A DNA stretch of 61,864 nucleotides, the filler included, from Platydemus manokwari (taxonomy: Eukaryota): the NCBI GenBank assembly GCA_037951405.1. It is 6 parts of 6 records of this genome, joined end to end, with 100 filler letters (N's around TTAATTAATTAA, not from the genome) between each part and the next. Parts side by side here need not be neighbours in the genome. Positions count along the whole stretch, not along the records: positions 1 to 9,695 come from JBBMOY011216433.1; positions 9,796 to 19,029 come from JBBMOY011279540.1; 4 more parts are not named here. One strand, written 5' to 3'. Each line of letters starts with the position of its first letter. The stretch's first letter is position 1. Below the pieces are notes generated by a model, which did no database searches, was not told the origin of the DNA, and saw only the letters and a list, made by a program, of their open reading frames with translations. Shown one piece after another: positions 1-12,361 of this stretch. Both the position numbers and the translations under genes were made by a program.

Positions 1-900
1 ATGTTATAGCTTCTGATGGAGAATACTTTGATTAATGTTACTATGCAAAATGTACTTTAAATAAATAAATATTTTTCCAAAAAAACCGAAATTTTAAGGT
101 TATACACCTAATAAATATACTTCACATCTCTTCATCAAATCTGTTTCATTAATGAATGCTTGTGGAATTTATTTTATCTGAATAATAATCATAAGAAGAC
201 CTTTTATTCAAAAATAAACAATTTTATCCTTTCCGAATAAAATTCAGCTAATTTTACTTCATACTTCTTGGTACGAGACTTTTTAATTTGTTCAAAATTG
301 CCTTTACTCATTAATGCTATTGATGACCTATTTGATTCCTTGAATTCAATGATTTTTTTAATTCCATTTTGAATAACTCCTCATCGTCATCATCCATATC
401 AACTTCATATTTCTGGGATATTATCAAATAAGAGTTACTTCATCAGAGGTTCCAAATGTTTTGTAGTAATTTATAAACTATCAAATAATGTTCAGTTCAA
501 ACCATAACTCTCGGGTGAATTAATAGTGATTTTATAATTGGTACTCCATTATAATTCTTCAGAGTTATTTGTACTCTTTTTCATGTGGTGTTTCTCGATA
601 ATAATTTATTAGATACAATACTACTTTACATCATATTTAATATTCTGTTAGGATAAGTTTTTGATTGAGTTATTGCTACAATGAGATTTATTTTTCCGTG
701 CTTGAACAAATAACTAGACGGGTCACTTGCTTACATTATTCCCTGCCCATGTATGAAAAGCAACATTTTGTCTAGTACTGCTACCTATTCATCAACTACA
801 TATTGAACATTTTTATTGTCTGCCTTCTATTTATAATTTTTTGTGAGCTCGATAAATTATATTCCTTTATTTATATTCATTTTCATATCATATAAAATTG
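1..900 (-). mobile_element. Highly decayed Ty3/Gypsy gag-protease-like remnant
   Basis: Broken minus-strand frames give MLLSYMGRE (gag N-terminus-like), NG..IEF..NRSSIALMSK (protease-like) and LFGKD. Many stops. Confidence 0.3.
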
Positions 901-2098
901 TCTAAGTCTGCCTTGAATTAATTATATGTAAACATTGTGCAACAAATAGTTTTAGAACGAGGTGATAGATTAATCTGATTTTAAATCAAATTAATCATCT
1001 AGATATATCAGTCTTTTATAGCACGTAAATCAAAAGCTTTAAATTTTTATAGAATAATCCATTATTGAATCAAATGACAGATCAAAATATTTAATGATTT
1101 ACTAAATTTGAAATATTAAATGAATTAATTCAGTAATTGGAAAATCACCAATTGGAACATAGAAATGTACACAAATATTTTAGCTCAAACTATTTTATGG
1201 AAAGCAGTAGCAAATTTGATTTTACGAATTTCCCTAAATATAACATTTTAGAATTATAGATTTTATAATATATTTTTAGCACTCAACTTCAAATCCGGAC
1301 TTCAGACGTAACTTCGCGATCGTAGAGTATCTAATATTTTAATTCTTTTCAGTTTATTTCTATGATTCTGTGATAACCTCATCACTACATTAAGCTTTTT
1401 ATTTGTTCAATATTCTTGAATTAGGATCTTTTTGTCGAAATTTTTTAATAGTGAAAGTTTTAATTTTTTTCGGCTTATTTATTTTAGAAGTGTAAATTTT
1501 ACATAAGAGATTTTAAATATTTTTATTCTTCCACTTTGATTTAAAAATGAATTTTATTTTACATAAAAAATGCATTTTATTTATTCTTATAATTTTTGGA
1601 AAATTCGCTCTATTTATTTTATTAAATTCAAAGATTTTAAAATTTCTATAAATTGTAATAATTTCATTAAATTAATTTTTGCAGTTTTATAGTTTATTAT
1701 TATTGTGATTTTTAGGAATTATTTCATCAATTTATTTAAACAATTCTAATTTTTGGTATAAATTTTTTTCTATTATTGTTTTAGACACTTTATTACTTAT
1801 TTTGTGAAGTTTTATTTGAATATAAATTTCATTATTTACAAAATTATTAAATTTTAAGCAGATACATATACATTTAAAAGGCAAAAATGGACTTGAGATA
1901 TACGAAATGTAATGAAAATATTAGGGACATGTGAAATCAAATAATTAAATTACAATTAAATAGTTAAATATATCCATTGTTGAATTCCTCGTCGATGCCC
2001 ACTTGTGGATTTCAGTCATTCATTTAGTTTATGAACCATGTCCTTATCCAGAAGTTTTGATAGGAACATTTCGTGTAAGCTGCATTGTTATTTAACCA

Positions 2099-2545
2099 TT
2101 GTTTTATTTAGTGTTGAATAGGAAAGAAATAAAGAAAGTCAGGCCAGGCTGGACTGTTGAGCTCTATACTTTCATAATTGGAGTTCATGGCATTTGGAAA
2201 TCGGAGAACGAGATCATTCTACGCAAGCTTGGCTTCAAAAAAGACATATCGGAGAAAATACGCTACAATTGTATACGGTCAAACATCAAATCCGCATATC
2301 AGCACTGGCAATTCCACCAAGGGAAAGCTATATTACTATCGAGGACAAGATTCAGATCAAATGACATCTCGGACGACGAATATGCAGGTTCTGAGGATGA
2401 TGAGGTGTCCAGCAAACTTGGATAGACGAGAATAAGCGTGTGTGAGACGAAGAGAACCCTGTGATATTTTGCCCTGCCACTATGTGGTGATGGTGTCGGA
2501 CACTGTCTGACTTGAATTATCAAAAACTGTGTTTTATCAATAAAT
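2099..2545 (+). mobile_element. 3' end of an RLE-type (R2/NeSL/R4 group) non-LTR retrotransposon: endonuclease C-terminus and 3' UTR
   Basis: GWTVELYTFIIGVHGIW..LRKLGF..SNIKSAYQHW matches the RLE C-terminal pattern. It is followed by a hairpin-containing UTR and AATAAA at 2539-2544. Confidence 0.7.
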
Positions 2546-3859
2546 ATTTGTATATTTATATTTGGTGTCCAAGTGTAATAAGTGTGGTATCAATAAACTT
2601 TTGTATAAATAAAACCCAATTGTCTGTTTATTGATTGAATATAATTTTGAGACTGATAGTAATAAAATCATTAGATCATTGTTGCCGTTTAGTATTGCCA
2701 TCATACAAACGCGAGGTGAAAACAGAAATTATAGGGTTCAATAAATCGTACCTTTGGCTTGAACAGAACTCTATCGAGACTGATTAAGGCAACAGTGATC
2801 TACAACGAGTTAAAATCTGAGACTGATAGGAAACATTAAAACGAAAAGAAGTAAGCTCGAAACTCATCAAACTTGTTATGTTGATTTTAAAGTCAGTCGT
2901 GCCTAATATCAGATTTGAGAAATGAAAGTTACAGCCCCTATCTCGTTATGAAATAACCTAACACTATTCGATTTACCAGAAAATCGAGTATAAATTGAGT
3001 AAATTGTAATTTTAAGATTAATTTTCCTTAAGCGTTTTAAACACAGGACTAAGAAAATTCAAGAATTTGATATTCGTAAACCAATAGTACCGGATGGCTT
3101 GACAGTCATGAAAAGCATTTTTAAATATCTAAGAATTCATCAACTGGGCACATGAAATTAATTTAGCCTTGATAAAAAGTTATTTTGGAAGAACATCATA
3201 TTTTAAAAGAAATTCAAATCTGATTAATCTATTTATGATAATGGTGACGAAATTGGTTATTTTAATGAATATTTCAATACCAAATATTCAATATTTCAGC
3301 TAAAAACTTCGTGATAAGATAAGTGCAATTATTGACGAAATTTGTAAACTAAAGTCATTATGGTTATCTCATACGATAAAAAACAATGGCCTGTAGAGAT
3401 ATGCTAAAGATTAGTTTTAAAAAGAAGTCTTTTTAATTTTAGAATTGCACAACTGAATGGAATACATTAACAGTTCGAACATAACACAAATTTAATTCAA
3501 AAATTGTTGAATCCTTTTCTGTCGAGTCATTTTCGATTAACTGAATTAATTATAGAAAGGCTAAATTTTATTTATAATAAACTTTGTTTTCTGTAATTTA
3601 TTTTTCGATTCTTTTTTTAAAATTTTTTATTATAAGATAATTTTGTAAACCGAATTATAATAAAAACAGTCTTAGATTATCGAAAATATTTTGGAGAAGC
3701 AGTTTTATCATCATCGATTATTTCCAATAGTTATAGTTAACCCATTGATTTTTTCTTTACACCAAACAATTTTATTTCGATATTTCCATACATATATATG
3801 AGAATGAAAAAATAACAATGTTCAATTGATACAATTATTTAGAAATGCGAATGAATAAA

Positions 3860-6800
3860 TTAATCGATAGAAATAACTCTTTGATAAAAGATCATTGCGC
3901 AGTTAAACAATGTCTGAAGAAATCGAATGGTTTGAGTTCTGAATACCGCTTATGAATAATTAGTATCGTAATCAAATGAACTTTACCTTTTCACGAAATT
4001 ATATTCGAGTAAACTCTGACAAAATGCTTCTTGGAAATTATCGATTTCTTTCAGTGAAAAATTGCTCGTTCGATAAGGCTCTATGATCTATGAGGTTTAA
4101 ATATATTTATCTATAAACATATGTAATTCTCAAAAATATAATTATTAATATAATTTAAATTTATTACATCATAATAATCAACTCAATATTTTTGCATTTT
4201 TATTGTAAGATTTGTATTTTTCAAAAATATCATCAAATCTTCAACGATGTAGAATTTCAGTACAATTGTATTTCGAAATACAAGTTTTCATCAAAAATGT
4301 GTTAATTGTATCGATTTATTTCATCAGAATACCGATCTATTGGAAAAAAGAACATGTGAAATGATTGGAACTGTTAAAATAATAATAGGAAAATCACAAT
4401 TCACCTTTAGATTTCTATGTAACGGTGTGTTTGGTGAATCACAAAAACAACTAAAATATTCACAGAAACTTTGGAAATAGCCCTCAATAGCCAACCAGAT
4501 TCTTTCATTACATCAATTCATATTTATAATTCAATAATCGACTTACAAATACTAACAAATGGCAACAAACACCGATATTCCCCAATGGTTCGAAAAATGT
4601 CAGAGAAATGTATTAACAGACTGACGCGCGGACGACTCAATCGAATGAAAGTAAAGTTCTGAGAATTGAACACACGATAAAATGAGTTTTTTGGTCGGTA
4701 ATTTTCATGCGGTGCGACTTTTGAGCGATTTTTCTGACAACCAGCTTTTGTGATTGTCTTCTGTTTTTTATTCAACTTTCGGGATGATGATCATATCTTG
4801 AATGATGTCTATTGTTGGTTTATTTTGATTTTTAATTGTATCTGGTAGATAGTTGAATTTGTGATTTAAATTATAGTTTTCAGCATTCAGTCTCAGTTAA
4901 TAATTTAACAATTGGAACACTTAGAGTTGAGATTAAAGCTCAACCGGCAGTACCCCATATAGACCAATTTTGTAGTTCATTGAACTCATCATTCTAGAAT
5001 AAAACCTCGAGATCCCTTCTTTACACTCAAACCATGACCATTTTCACTAGTATTCATTACCATCCGCAATTTAGATAACTTGTAAATATCAAGCTTTAAT
5101 TATCCTACGACGGATATCCATTGTTAAATAGCTTTGTTAAATACACGTTATCCCATACAATTTTATTTCTCAAATATTATTCAAATTATTATCATTGAGG
5201 AGCTGGTGATGTCTCATTATCTTCAATTCCTCTCATTTTAAATTAACGGATAGTTGAAGTGAGTTTCCATGAGCGAATGAGAAGCGGTTTAGTGGATTAA
5301 ATTTATTTAATAAATATTTATCGTCATTACTTTTTATCGATTGTCATTCATTATTTTAATAGAAACTTGTATATATCCCTATAGCAATCAAATCCCAATA
5401 AAATATTTCGGAAAATGAGAAAATATCACAGATAATTATTGATCAAATTTACAATCAGAACTGATAAAGAATATTTGGGAGTGATTTATATATATATATA
5501 TATATATATAATTCGTCGTCTCTAAATCTAAAATTAAAAAAGAAAATTTGAAAGGTTTTATTTTTTCTTCCTTGAGATATCTGTGAAAAGAAGTATGTGA
5601 AGTCATACACCCTCATACAGTTTCTAGTTGATTTGTGCCATTATTCTCTTATACAAAATTTACCATTTCTTCCTTCATGATTTCATCAGACTGTGTTCCT
5701 AGTCGCAACCTAATGGATAGGTTTCCAGTTTTTTCAAACTTTTGTTGCTAGTATAGCACTGTTACCCAAGCTTGTGGTGTACGATTGAAATGTTGTTGAA
5801 ATTATTGGCAAGCTTTGGCATTACTGTGGTACACTATCGCATGGCCAACTATAAACACTCTAATCACAAGCGAAAATTTAGCATCACCAGCTGCTTCCGC
5901 CACATTTTAATAATAACATCAATCAGTGAATAATAATTAATATCAATGAGTATAAATATGTGAGTATAAATTATATTGTGTTTTGTTGTTGTATTTTAGT
6001 TTTAGAGAAGGAGATTTATGAATCACACGGTATATATAATCATACTTTCTCCATGATATCGATGAAGAAATCTCGGATTGCCTTCGAATTTGATAAACTG
6101 GTACCGATAGTTAACACGGCTTTATAGATGTTCTGATAAAGAATATTATTTAAAATAAAATACTAAATCCAGTGAAACCCTAAAAGATAAATCGAGATCT
6201 GATAGACTTTTATCCGATAAAATGTCTTTCAATTTGGAGATGGTTAATCTGAAAGGAAGAAAATTATTTATAAACTCAAGTTAAGATTTTCTTTGGTTTT
6301 ACTGTCTGATTTCATCCATAATTTCCTTTCGTTCGGATAAGATTTTCATTTCAATCTTGAGATCCTGTAAAAATTGACTATCGAAATCGGCAGGATGAAA
6401 ACTATCCAGTTCAGGCATTTGTTCTGGATCTGAATTGCAAATGGTTGTGTGATATGGAAATGCTCACATTGAAAAGTAACCTCTATTACTATACGACCAA
6501 TTCACCATTATATCATCAACGCATTTCTGGAAATCTTCATACATTATTGGTGATAGTTTTCGTTTATTTGTCTCAAATCTGGAATGGATAATAAACATAA
6601 GATAATTTAGTTGTTAAACACAATTGTTTGAAACAAGCAAACTTGAAAAAAATATTAAATAATAATATTAATAATTATAAATTATTAAATCGATATCAAA
6701 GCTCAAGTTGTTCTAAAATTGTCTGAGAGGCAATTGTGTATTTAGAAATACATTTAGAATAAATGGAAAGGATTGTGTTGAAAAAATACAAATCTAGAGT

Positions 6801-7855
6801 TATTATTAAAATCTTTCAACATTTTATGCCATTTGAATTAAGATTTTGACCTACCGTTTATAAACGTGAGGAAAATTAGAAAAATAATCGATAATAAGTA
6901 AATTATAACAATATTTTATAATGCCATTGATGGGTATAGACGGACTGCATACCATCAATTCAATAAATGAAGCTATTTTTCATATATATATATATATATA
7001 TATCAACATCAAATAAATCTGATCGATGTTCAACATATTTAAAAATAACTTATAGTTCGGATTAGTTAATGGCCATCAAAACAGTGATAATTTTAATATA
7101 ATTTTTCACTATTAAAAAGGAATTTCAATAATTTTCCATAAAAATAATTTATATAATATCTTATATAAGAAAAGGATTTCATAAATACCTTTTGTCAAAA
7201 ATTGCAGAAAATATTATACTTGGTTCTCTATGTGATGAAAAATAAAAAGTAATAAGTGTCCAGGAGCTTAGGAACCATTAATGATATCTTTATCTAATAG
7301 TTCACAAACATATTTTTGAAACACTGATTTTTCTCTTTTGTACTATAATCGAACTGAGAATCAATATTTAATATCAATATTTGTTTAATATCAACTCCTT
7401 CAATACATAATCAATATTTAATGGCAATATTTGTATATATAGCAAAAAGATTTTAATTTAATTAACTGTTTTTAATTTAAAATGCTATGCAAAAAATATT
7501 TCTATCAATTCTTCAATGCCAATCCGGGCTGTATTTTTTTAATGGAAATTATTACTGCTATGTAATAAATATTTATAAAGAATATTTCATACAAATAATA
7601 TAATAATTTTTATATATAAACAAATAACACGTTCCATTCTCTCGTTTAGCGATTTTTCTCTCTACCGCCACTTATAGAATTTTCAGAATAGAATAAATAA
7701 AATGTTTACGTATTACAATTATTATAAATCGCAAAAAACTTATACACGAATTATTTACAATAACGATTGGCTCTGTATTTTAAAGTGTCAGAAGACTTTA
7801 TAATAGCTTTCAATAGAAAATAAAATTAATTACAGTACAAAATTAATAATTTTTC

Positions 7856-7897
<42 letters not shown>

Positions 7898-8274
7898 CTA
7901 AAATCGTGTAATCTAGCATAAAAATCGATTTATTTAACATTATTACTTTATTATTTGATTTGTTGGTCAGAATATAATAGATGATATAAAATAACATAAT
8001 GAACCTGTGATGATTGATGAAAATTGCGGTGACATATTTTTTGGCCAGAGAATTCTTCAAGGAAAATTTCTGAATTATGGCATCGAGCAATTTAGTTTGT
8101 CCAGTCAAATCCTCACAATATTTCATTATTCGTCTTAGATTTTGAAATTGCCTTTTACAACTAGTCAGAGAAACGCAGGTGATTTCGGTAATTTCTTCAA
8201 GCTCTCTACGATCGCGACTGTTGAGTTTACGACCGAGAAATTCCCTTAGGACAATCGAATCGATGTTGTAATAT
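3860..8274 (-). CDS. FIBP: FGF1 intracellular binding protein (FIBP), 3' seven exons; 5' exons not found in the window
   Basis: Manually spliced GT-AG exons 8274-8005, 6578-6481, 6429-6303, 6248-6179, 6132-6046, 4087-3987 and 3938-3860 give YYNIDSIVLREFLGRKLNSRDRRELEEI..SCKRQFQNLRRI..NHHRFETNKRKL..FLQDLK..IRDFFIDIMEKIIEPYR..RFLQTLFNCAMIFY..*. This is collinear with FIBP motifs (YYAFD..REVLGKKL, SCRRQFDN, RFETGKKKL, FLQDLK, DLFVDLVEKFVEP), and intron phases are compatible. Confidence 0.9.
4430..4900. repeat. Dispersed repeat family, copy 1 (others at ~33450-33840 and ~43730-44130); possibly Penelope-derived
   Basis: Shared blocks such as TTTTCTGACAACCAG..TTTGTG and AATAGCC..CAGATTCT..ATCAATTCATATTTA occur in reverse complement at 43800-44100. 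Spurious ORFs across the copies are similar. Confidence 0.6.
5570..5900 (-). mobile_element. Tc1/mariner transposase N-terminal (HTH) remnant in a FIBP intron
   Basis: Minus strand gives KFEKTGNLSIRLRLG..V*EN..SHTSFHRYLK, resembling the KF.ETG..R.R.GR..ENP..S..R.LK pattern. Confidence 0.4.
7856..7897. repeat. (TTA)n microsatellite
   Basis: Direct reading, about 14 units. Confidence 0.95.
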
Positions 8275-8337
8275 CTGGATAAAATGAAACCAATGTGATA
8301 TTATTGTTGAATAAACGGCTATACATTGCAATAAATA

Positions 8338-8338
8338 A

Positions 8339-8407
<69 letters not shown>
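8338..8407. repeat. (AAT)n microsatellite
   Basis: Direct reading, about 23 units. Confidence 0.95.
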
Positions 8408-8409
8408 TA

Positions 8410-9100
8410 GCTATTGTCATAACAGAAACAGTGGTAATTCAGGTTAATTTCGAATATCTCCCATTTTTGACTGATATAGGTAACACATAATGTTCATTGA
8501 TGATTTCTACATTTCTTCCAGTTGGAGTTCCTTTCTTTGAAGATTTCTTTACTACTTCCAATTTCTTTAGCCTTCTATGATTGGTTCTTATTTTCAACAA
8601 AGTTTTGATACAATCATGTAAGTCGCAATGGAATCAAACATATCTTTTTTGTTTTGAATTCTTCCTTTCTAACTTACATGAGATCGATGAAATTCCGATT
8701 GTTGAGAACATCTTTTGTCATTTGATATTATTGGTCTTCATTCTAAGCACAATTTTCTTTAATATAGTATCATAAAACTTCTACAACTAATATGTGTGGT
8801 TCTATTATCCAATCTGATTTAGCCAATTCTATATCCTTTCTTAATTCGGTATACTTCTTGTTTCCTACACGGACTTACTTAAAATAAATCCATTGAGTAC
8901 TTCGATGTACAAAAAGAAGATCGAGTTGTTCCGATCATTGTATGTATTTCTATAGCGACCTTCTGATTTGAGTTGGATTACTGACATTTTTTGCGAATAC
9001 TCTACAATTTTAGCTGATATGATTTCGATGGTCAAATCTCCATGTGCTTGGAAATTTTTCTGTGGCTTATAAGTAATTATTCTATTTCAAAATTTAAGTC
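8410..9100 (-). mobile_element. Decayed RLE non-LTR retrotransposon 3' remnant
   Basis: Minus strand gives QLDLLFVH (PD-like) and KKYTELRKDIELAKSDWIIEPHILVV, the RLE K..KY..L....W.V...VV pattern. The 3' end abuts the (AAT)n tract. Confidence 0.5.
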
Positions 9101-9695
9101 TTCAATGCGATTTTTGATTAATCTGGCTATGATCAACTATTTAATCATTTCAAAACTGTAAATAAATTTAAATGCCAAACACTTTAACTGCGTTATATGT
9201 ACGAGAAAACGAGAAATGTTTAAGACGTGACTTGGAACATACATCTGTAATGACTGGAAATCAAACCGAAAATCATGATCTTTTTGCTTATAATGAATTA
9301 TAGTTTAGCGCACGAGCTAGGAAAAGTTGCAAATACCTCACTTAGAAGAGAACTCATGATTATGGCATCGAATATCTTAGTGTCATGGAAAAGGCTGACG
9401 AACAAACAAAACATTAACCATAGAGATGGCAAATCATTAGAAAATATAGGAAATAAAAAATGCAAATTAAATAACGCCTTGATAATTACTCCTCAAAGAT
9501 AGTATTACGATAAGCTAATATAACTAAAATAAAAAATCAATATTTAACAAGCCCATAATAATAATAATATGCTTATGTTATAGCACAAACTTAGATCTAC
9601 ATTTTGAGGTGTACTATGTAAACTTATTACTTTATCAAAAGATTTATCAGAAGATCATTCTAATACTCTCAGCTAATCGATATTGTGAGAATTTT

Positions 9696-9795
9696 NNNNN
9701 NNNNNNNNNNNNNNNNNNNNNNNNNNNNNNNNNNNNNNNTTAATTAATTAANNNNNNNNNNNNNNNNNNNNNNNNNNNNNNNNNNNNNNNNNNNN
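9696..9795. other. Scaffold gap with artificial TTAATTAATTAA spacer (same at ~19030, 29279, 41467 and 51815)
   Basis: An identical 12-mer is centred in five 100-nt N-gaps. Confidence 0.95.
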
Positions 9796-11169
9796 AAATA
9801 ACATTATAAAAATAATATTTTTAAAACGTTTCAAAACTTTTAAAAAACATTTTATATAAAAATATTAAATTTAACAAGTTATTATATTTAATTATTTTAA
9901 TAAATCCTCACAGTCTTAAAGATAATTACTGATATGTATCTATTCATTTATTTAATTATCAGTTATCATTTAGAGTTTAACAATGGATGTTCTCTTTAAT
10001 ATCCTTAAGGTAATTTGTATTCGCATTGACTTTTAGTAGATGCGAAGTTTGATTTTTTGTTTTAATGAAACATACTTACTCTTTTTATTGGGATATAATT
10101 AATTATGTACGACCGTTCACCTGAAATATTTTACACGAAGATGTTTATACCATGTCATCAATGTTTATATAGAACGTTTAAAGAAGTCAGCTTTCGAACA
10201 AATGGTATGAATAATTGTTTATAGCTATCTTTAAAATTATATACCGAATAACAAATACTTATTTCAGGAGAGCTTGAAAATTGAATGAAAATATCCGGTG
10301 ATCCTTCTCGATCCACTATTCGGTATAAAATTTGCCCTGAAAATTTTTAAAATATATTGATAATTTTTTTTTATGATGTACATGACCCTGTAATTTTGGA
10401 AATTTATATTAAATATACATAAGGAATAACTCTAAGTTTTGAAAATTAAGAAAATCGACAAATATAAGGAAATTTATATTCTGCTAGCGCGTTTATGATT
10501 TTGTTTGTCAGTGAGGCACGGTAAGAAGGAAATCAAAGTGATACTATGGAGATCAAGTTTATAGCAATGAAAAGAATCATCAATTATGTGGTGTGATCGT
10601 CAACTTGTTTTGCATTACATTGGCATTGCTATTGACATTTTTGCCTGATGCTATGATAATTTGAACGCTCGAGCATTTACTTAGAATTGGCCATTTAAAA
10701 CAAATCACAAAATATCATATTTACGAATAATATTATTATTAAATAAATCATGAAAAAAGGTTCATTTTAGAAAATAAATCATGAAATAAGATCAATCATA
10801 TCTATGTGAAAATCTCGAACATCTAATACGCGCACTTTAACTAATATCTATTGATTTTGAGCATGCTGCAGTCTTATTTTTAATATTTGTATTTATAAAA
10901 TGGGCTTGCTCAAAACATTGCTGTAATCTCTCAATTAGTTAAAATAAATATAAAAAATTAGTAAAAAATAATTTATTTAAAAATTAATTTAAAAGTAATT
11001 TTTTATACAAATTTAAAAATTAAAATAATTAAATAATTAAATAATTAAATAATTAAATAAATTTTAAAATAATCGAGTATTCGTTTAAAATTAATGTATT
11101 TTAAAAATATATTATTTATGCTGTGAAATTATGTTTTTTGAATTAAAAATGAAAAATAAAGGAGTTTTA

Positions 11170-11760
11170 GCAACATGGCGACTACGCACTTGGACGTAAT
11201 CATTGACTCGCTGTTGCCAAAAAGAAATTTAGCCACAAGAAATCCTTCGTTCATGATTGTATGGAAGCCTTAAGGTATATAAAAAGTCCACACCGACGAA
11301 TGTGTATTTTAAAAAGGTGGATAAATTAGTGGAAGACATATTGTCTCAGAACGCAACTAAAGACGAGCTAAATGCGTTCCTCTTGATGCATTGTGCAGAT
11401 GATGTGGTTTTCAGAAAAGGAAATTAAAACGAGAGACATTGTAAAAGTGGATCAAATAAAAAAACCGTAAAAAAGCTAGATGAAGTAAGAAATAAAGAAA
11501 GAGAAGTAAACACAGTATGAGCAAGGGAGTGAACCATGATAGTCAGAGCTTAACCAAAACTTAGACCTCCGGAAAGGCCAGTTGAGAATAGGACGTGCTA
11601 TAATTGCTAAAAACTAGGGAAAATCGCATGAATTTACAAAAGCAAGAAAGTAATGACGTGCTACGCCTGCCACCGAGTAGGCCGCGTAGCGAGAAATTGT
11701 CTAAATGCTTTAAAGTGTCGCAGATGTCAATACCGAGGACATCACTTGCTCGTTTGTATT
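11170..11760 (+). mobile_element. LTR-retrotransposon gag remnant with three CCHC zinc knuckles
   Basis: CYNC*KLGKIA (11596), CYACHRVGRVARNC and CRRCQYRGHHLLVC (11716-11757), with stops. Confidence 0.75.
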
Positions 11761-12361
11761 TGTGAAAATTAAAAAAACTAGAAAATTACAAAAAATAAAA
11801 AATAAAAAAATCCTGAAAATGAAAGAACGAAATTGCCAAATTTTTGAAAACTCGTTCAAAACAATTCAGGCCTTAAAGATACCACGAAAAACCAAAAAAC
11901 ATTTGCCACATATTAATAATAATGATTAAATAATATATCTATAAAATCCGGATTAAAAGCTTTTCAACTTTGTATTTAATCTATTAAAATCGGTTCAGTA
12001 GATCATAAGTTAAAAATTTTGTTCAAAAAGGGATCGAAACCCTTTGAAAACCTTTCTCAATACCCCTCGAAATACGTGCTTAGTTCAAATACATCTAAAC
12101 AACAGCATAACACACAACCATGTTCACAATTTTCAAGGTTATCGATAAAATTTGAAATTATCGAGAAAGTGAGTATGTATGTTGAGAATTTTTCCTCTCA
12201 CCGTTTTTGTATGTAGTATGTTATTATTATTNNNNNNNNNNNNNNNNNNNNNNNNNNNNNNNNNNNNNNNNNNNNNNNNNNNNNNNNNNNNNNNNNNNNN
12301 NNNNNNNNNNNNNNNNNNNNNNNNNNNNNNNNNNNNNNNNNNNNNNNNNNNNNNNNNNNNN

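Noticed and set aside
2800-2870. Possible hammerhead ribozyme (CTGATAG..GAAAC); also near 4620 and 48590
   Set aside because: The core deviates from CUGANGA and stems I/II do not pair.
3050-3500. Possible MULE transposase remnant
   Set aside because: Motifs are too degraded to support a call.
9740-9751. Recurring TTAATTAATTAA palindrome inside N runs
   Set aside because: Scaffolding spacer with stops in all frames; not biological.
10100-10600. Plus-strand LHEDVY and QSDTME resembling the FIBP N-terminus
   Set aside because: Wrong strand, key residues (W, HY) missing and no clean exon. Only an inverted contig could rescue it.
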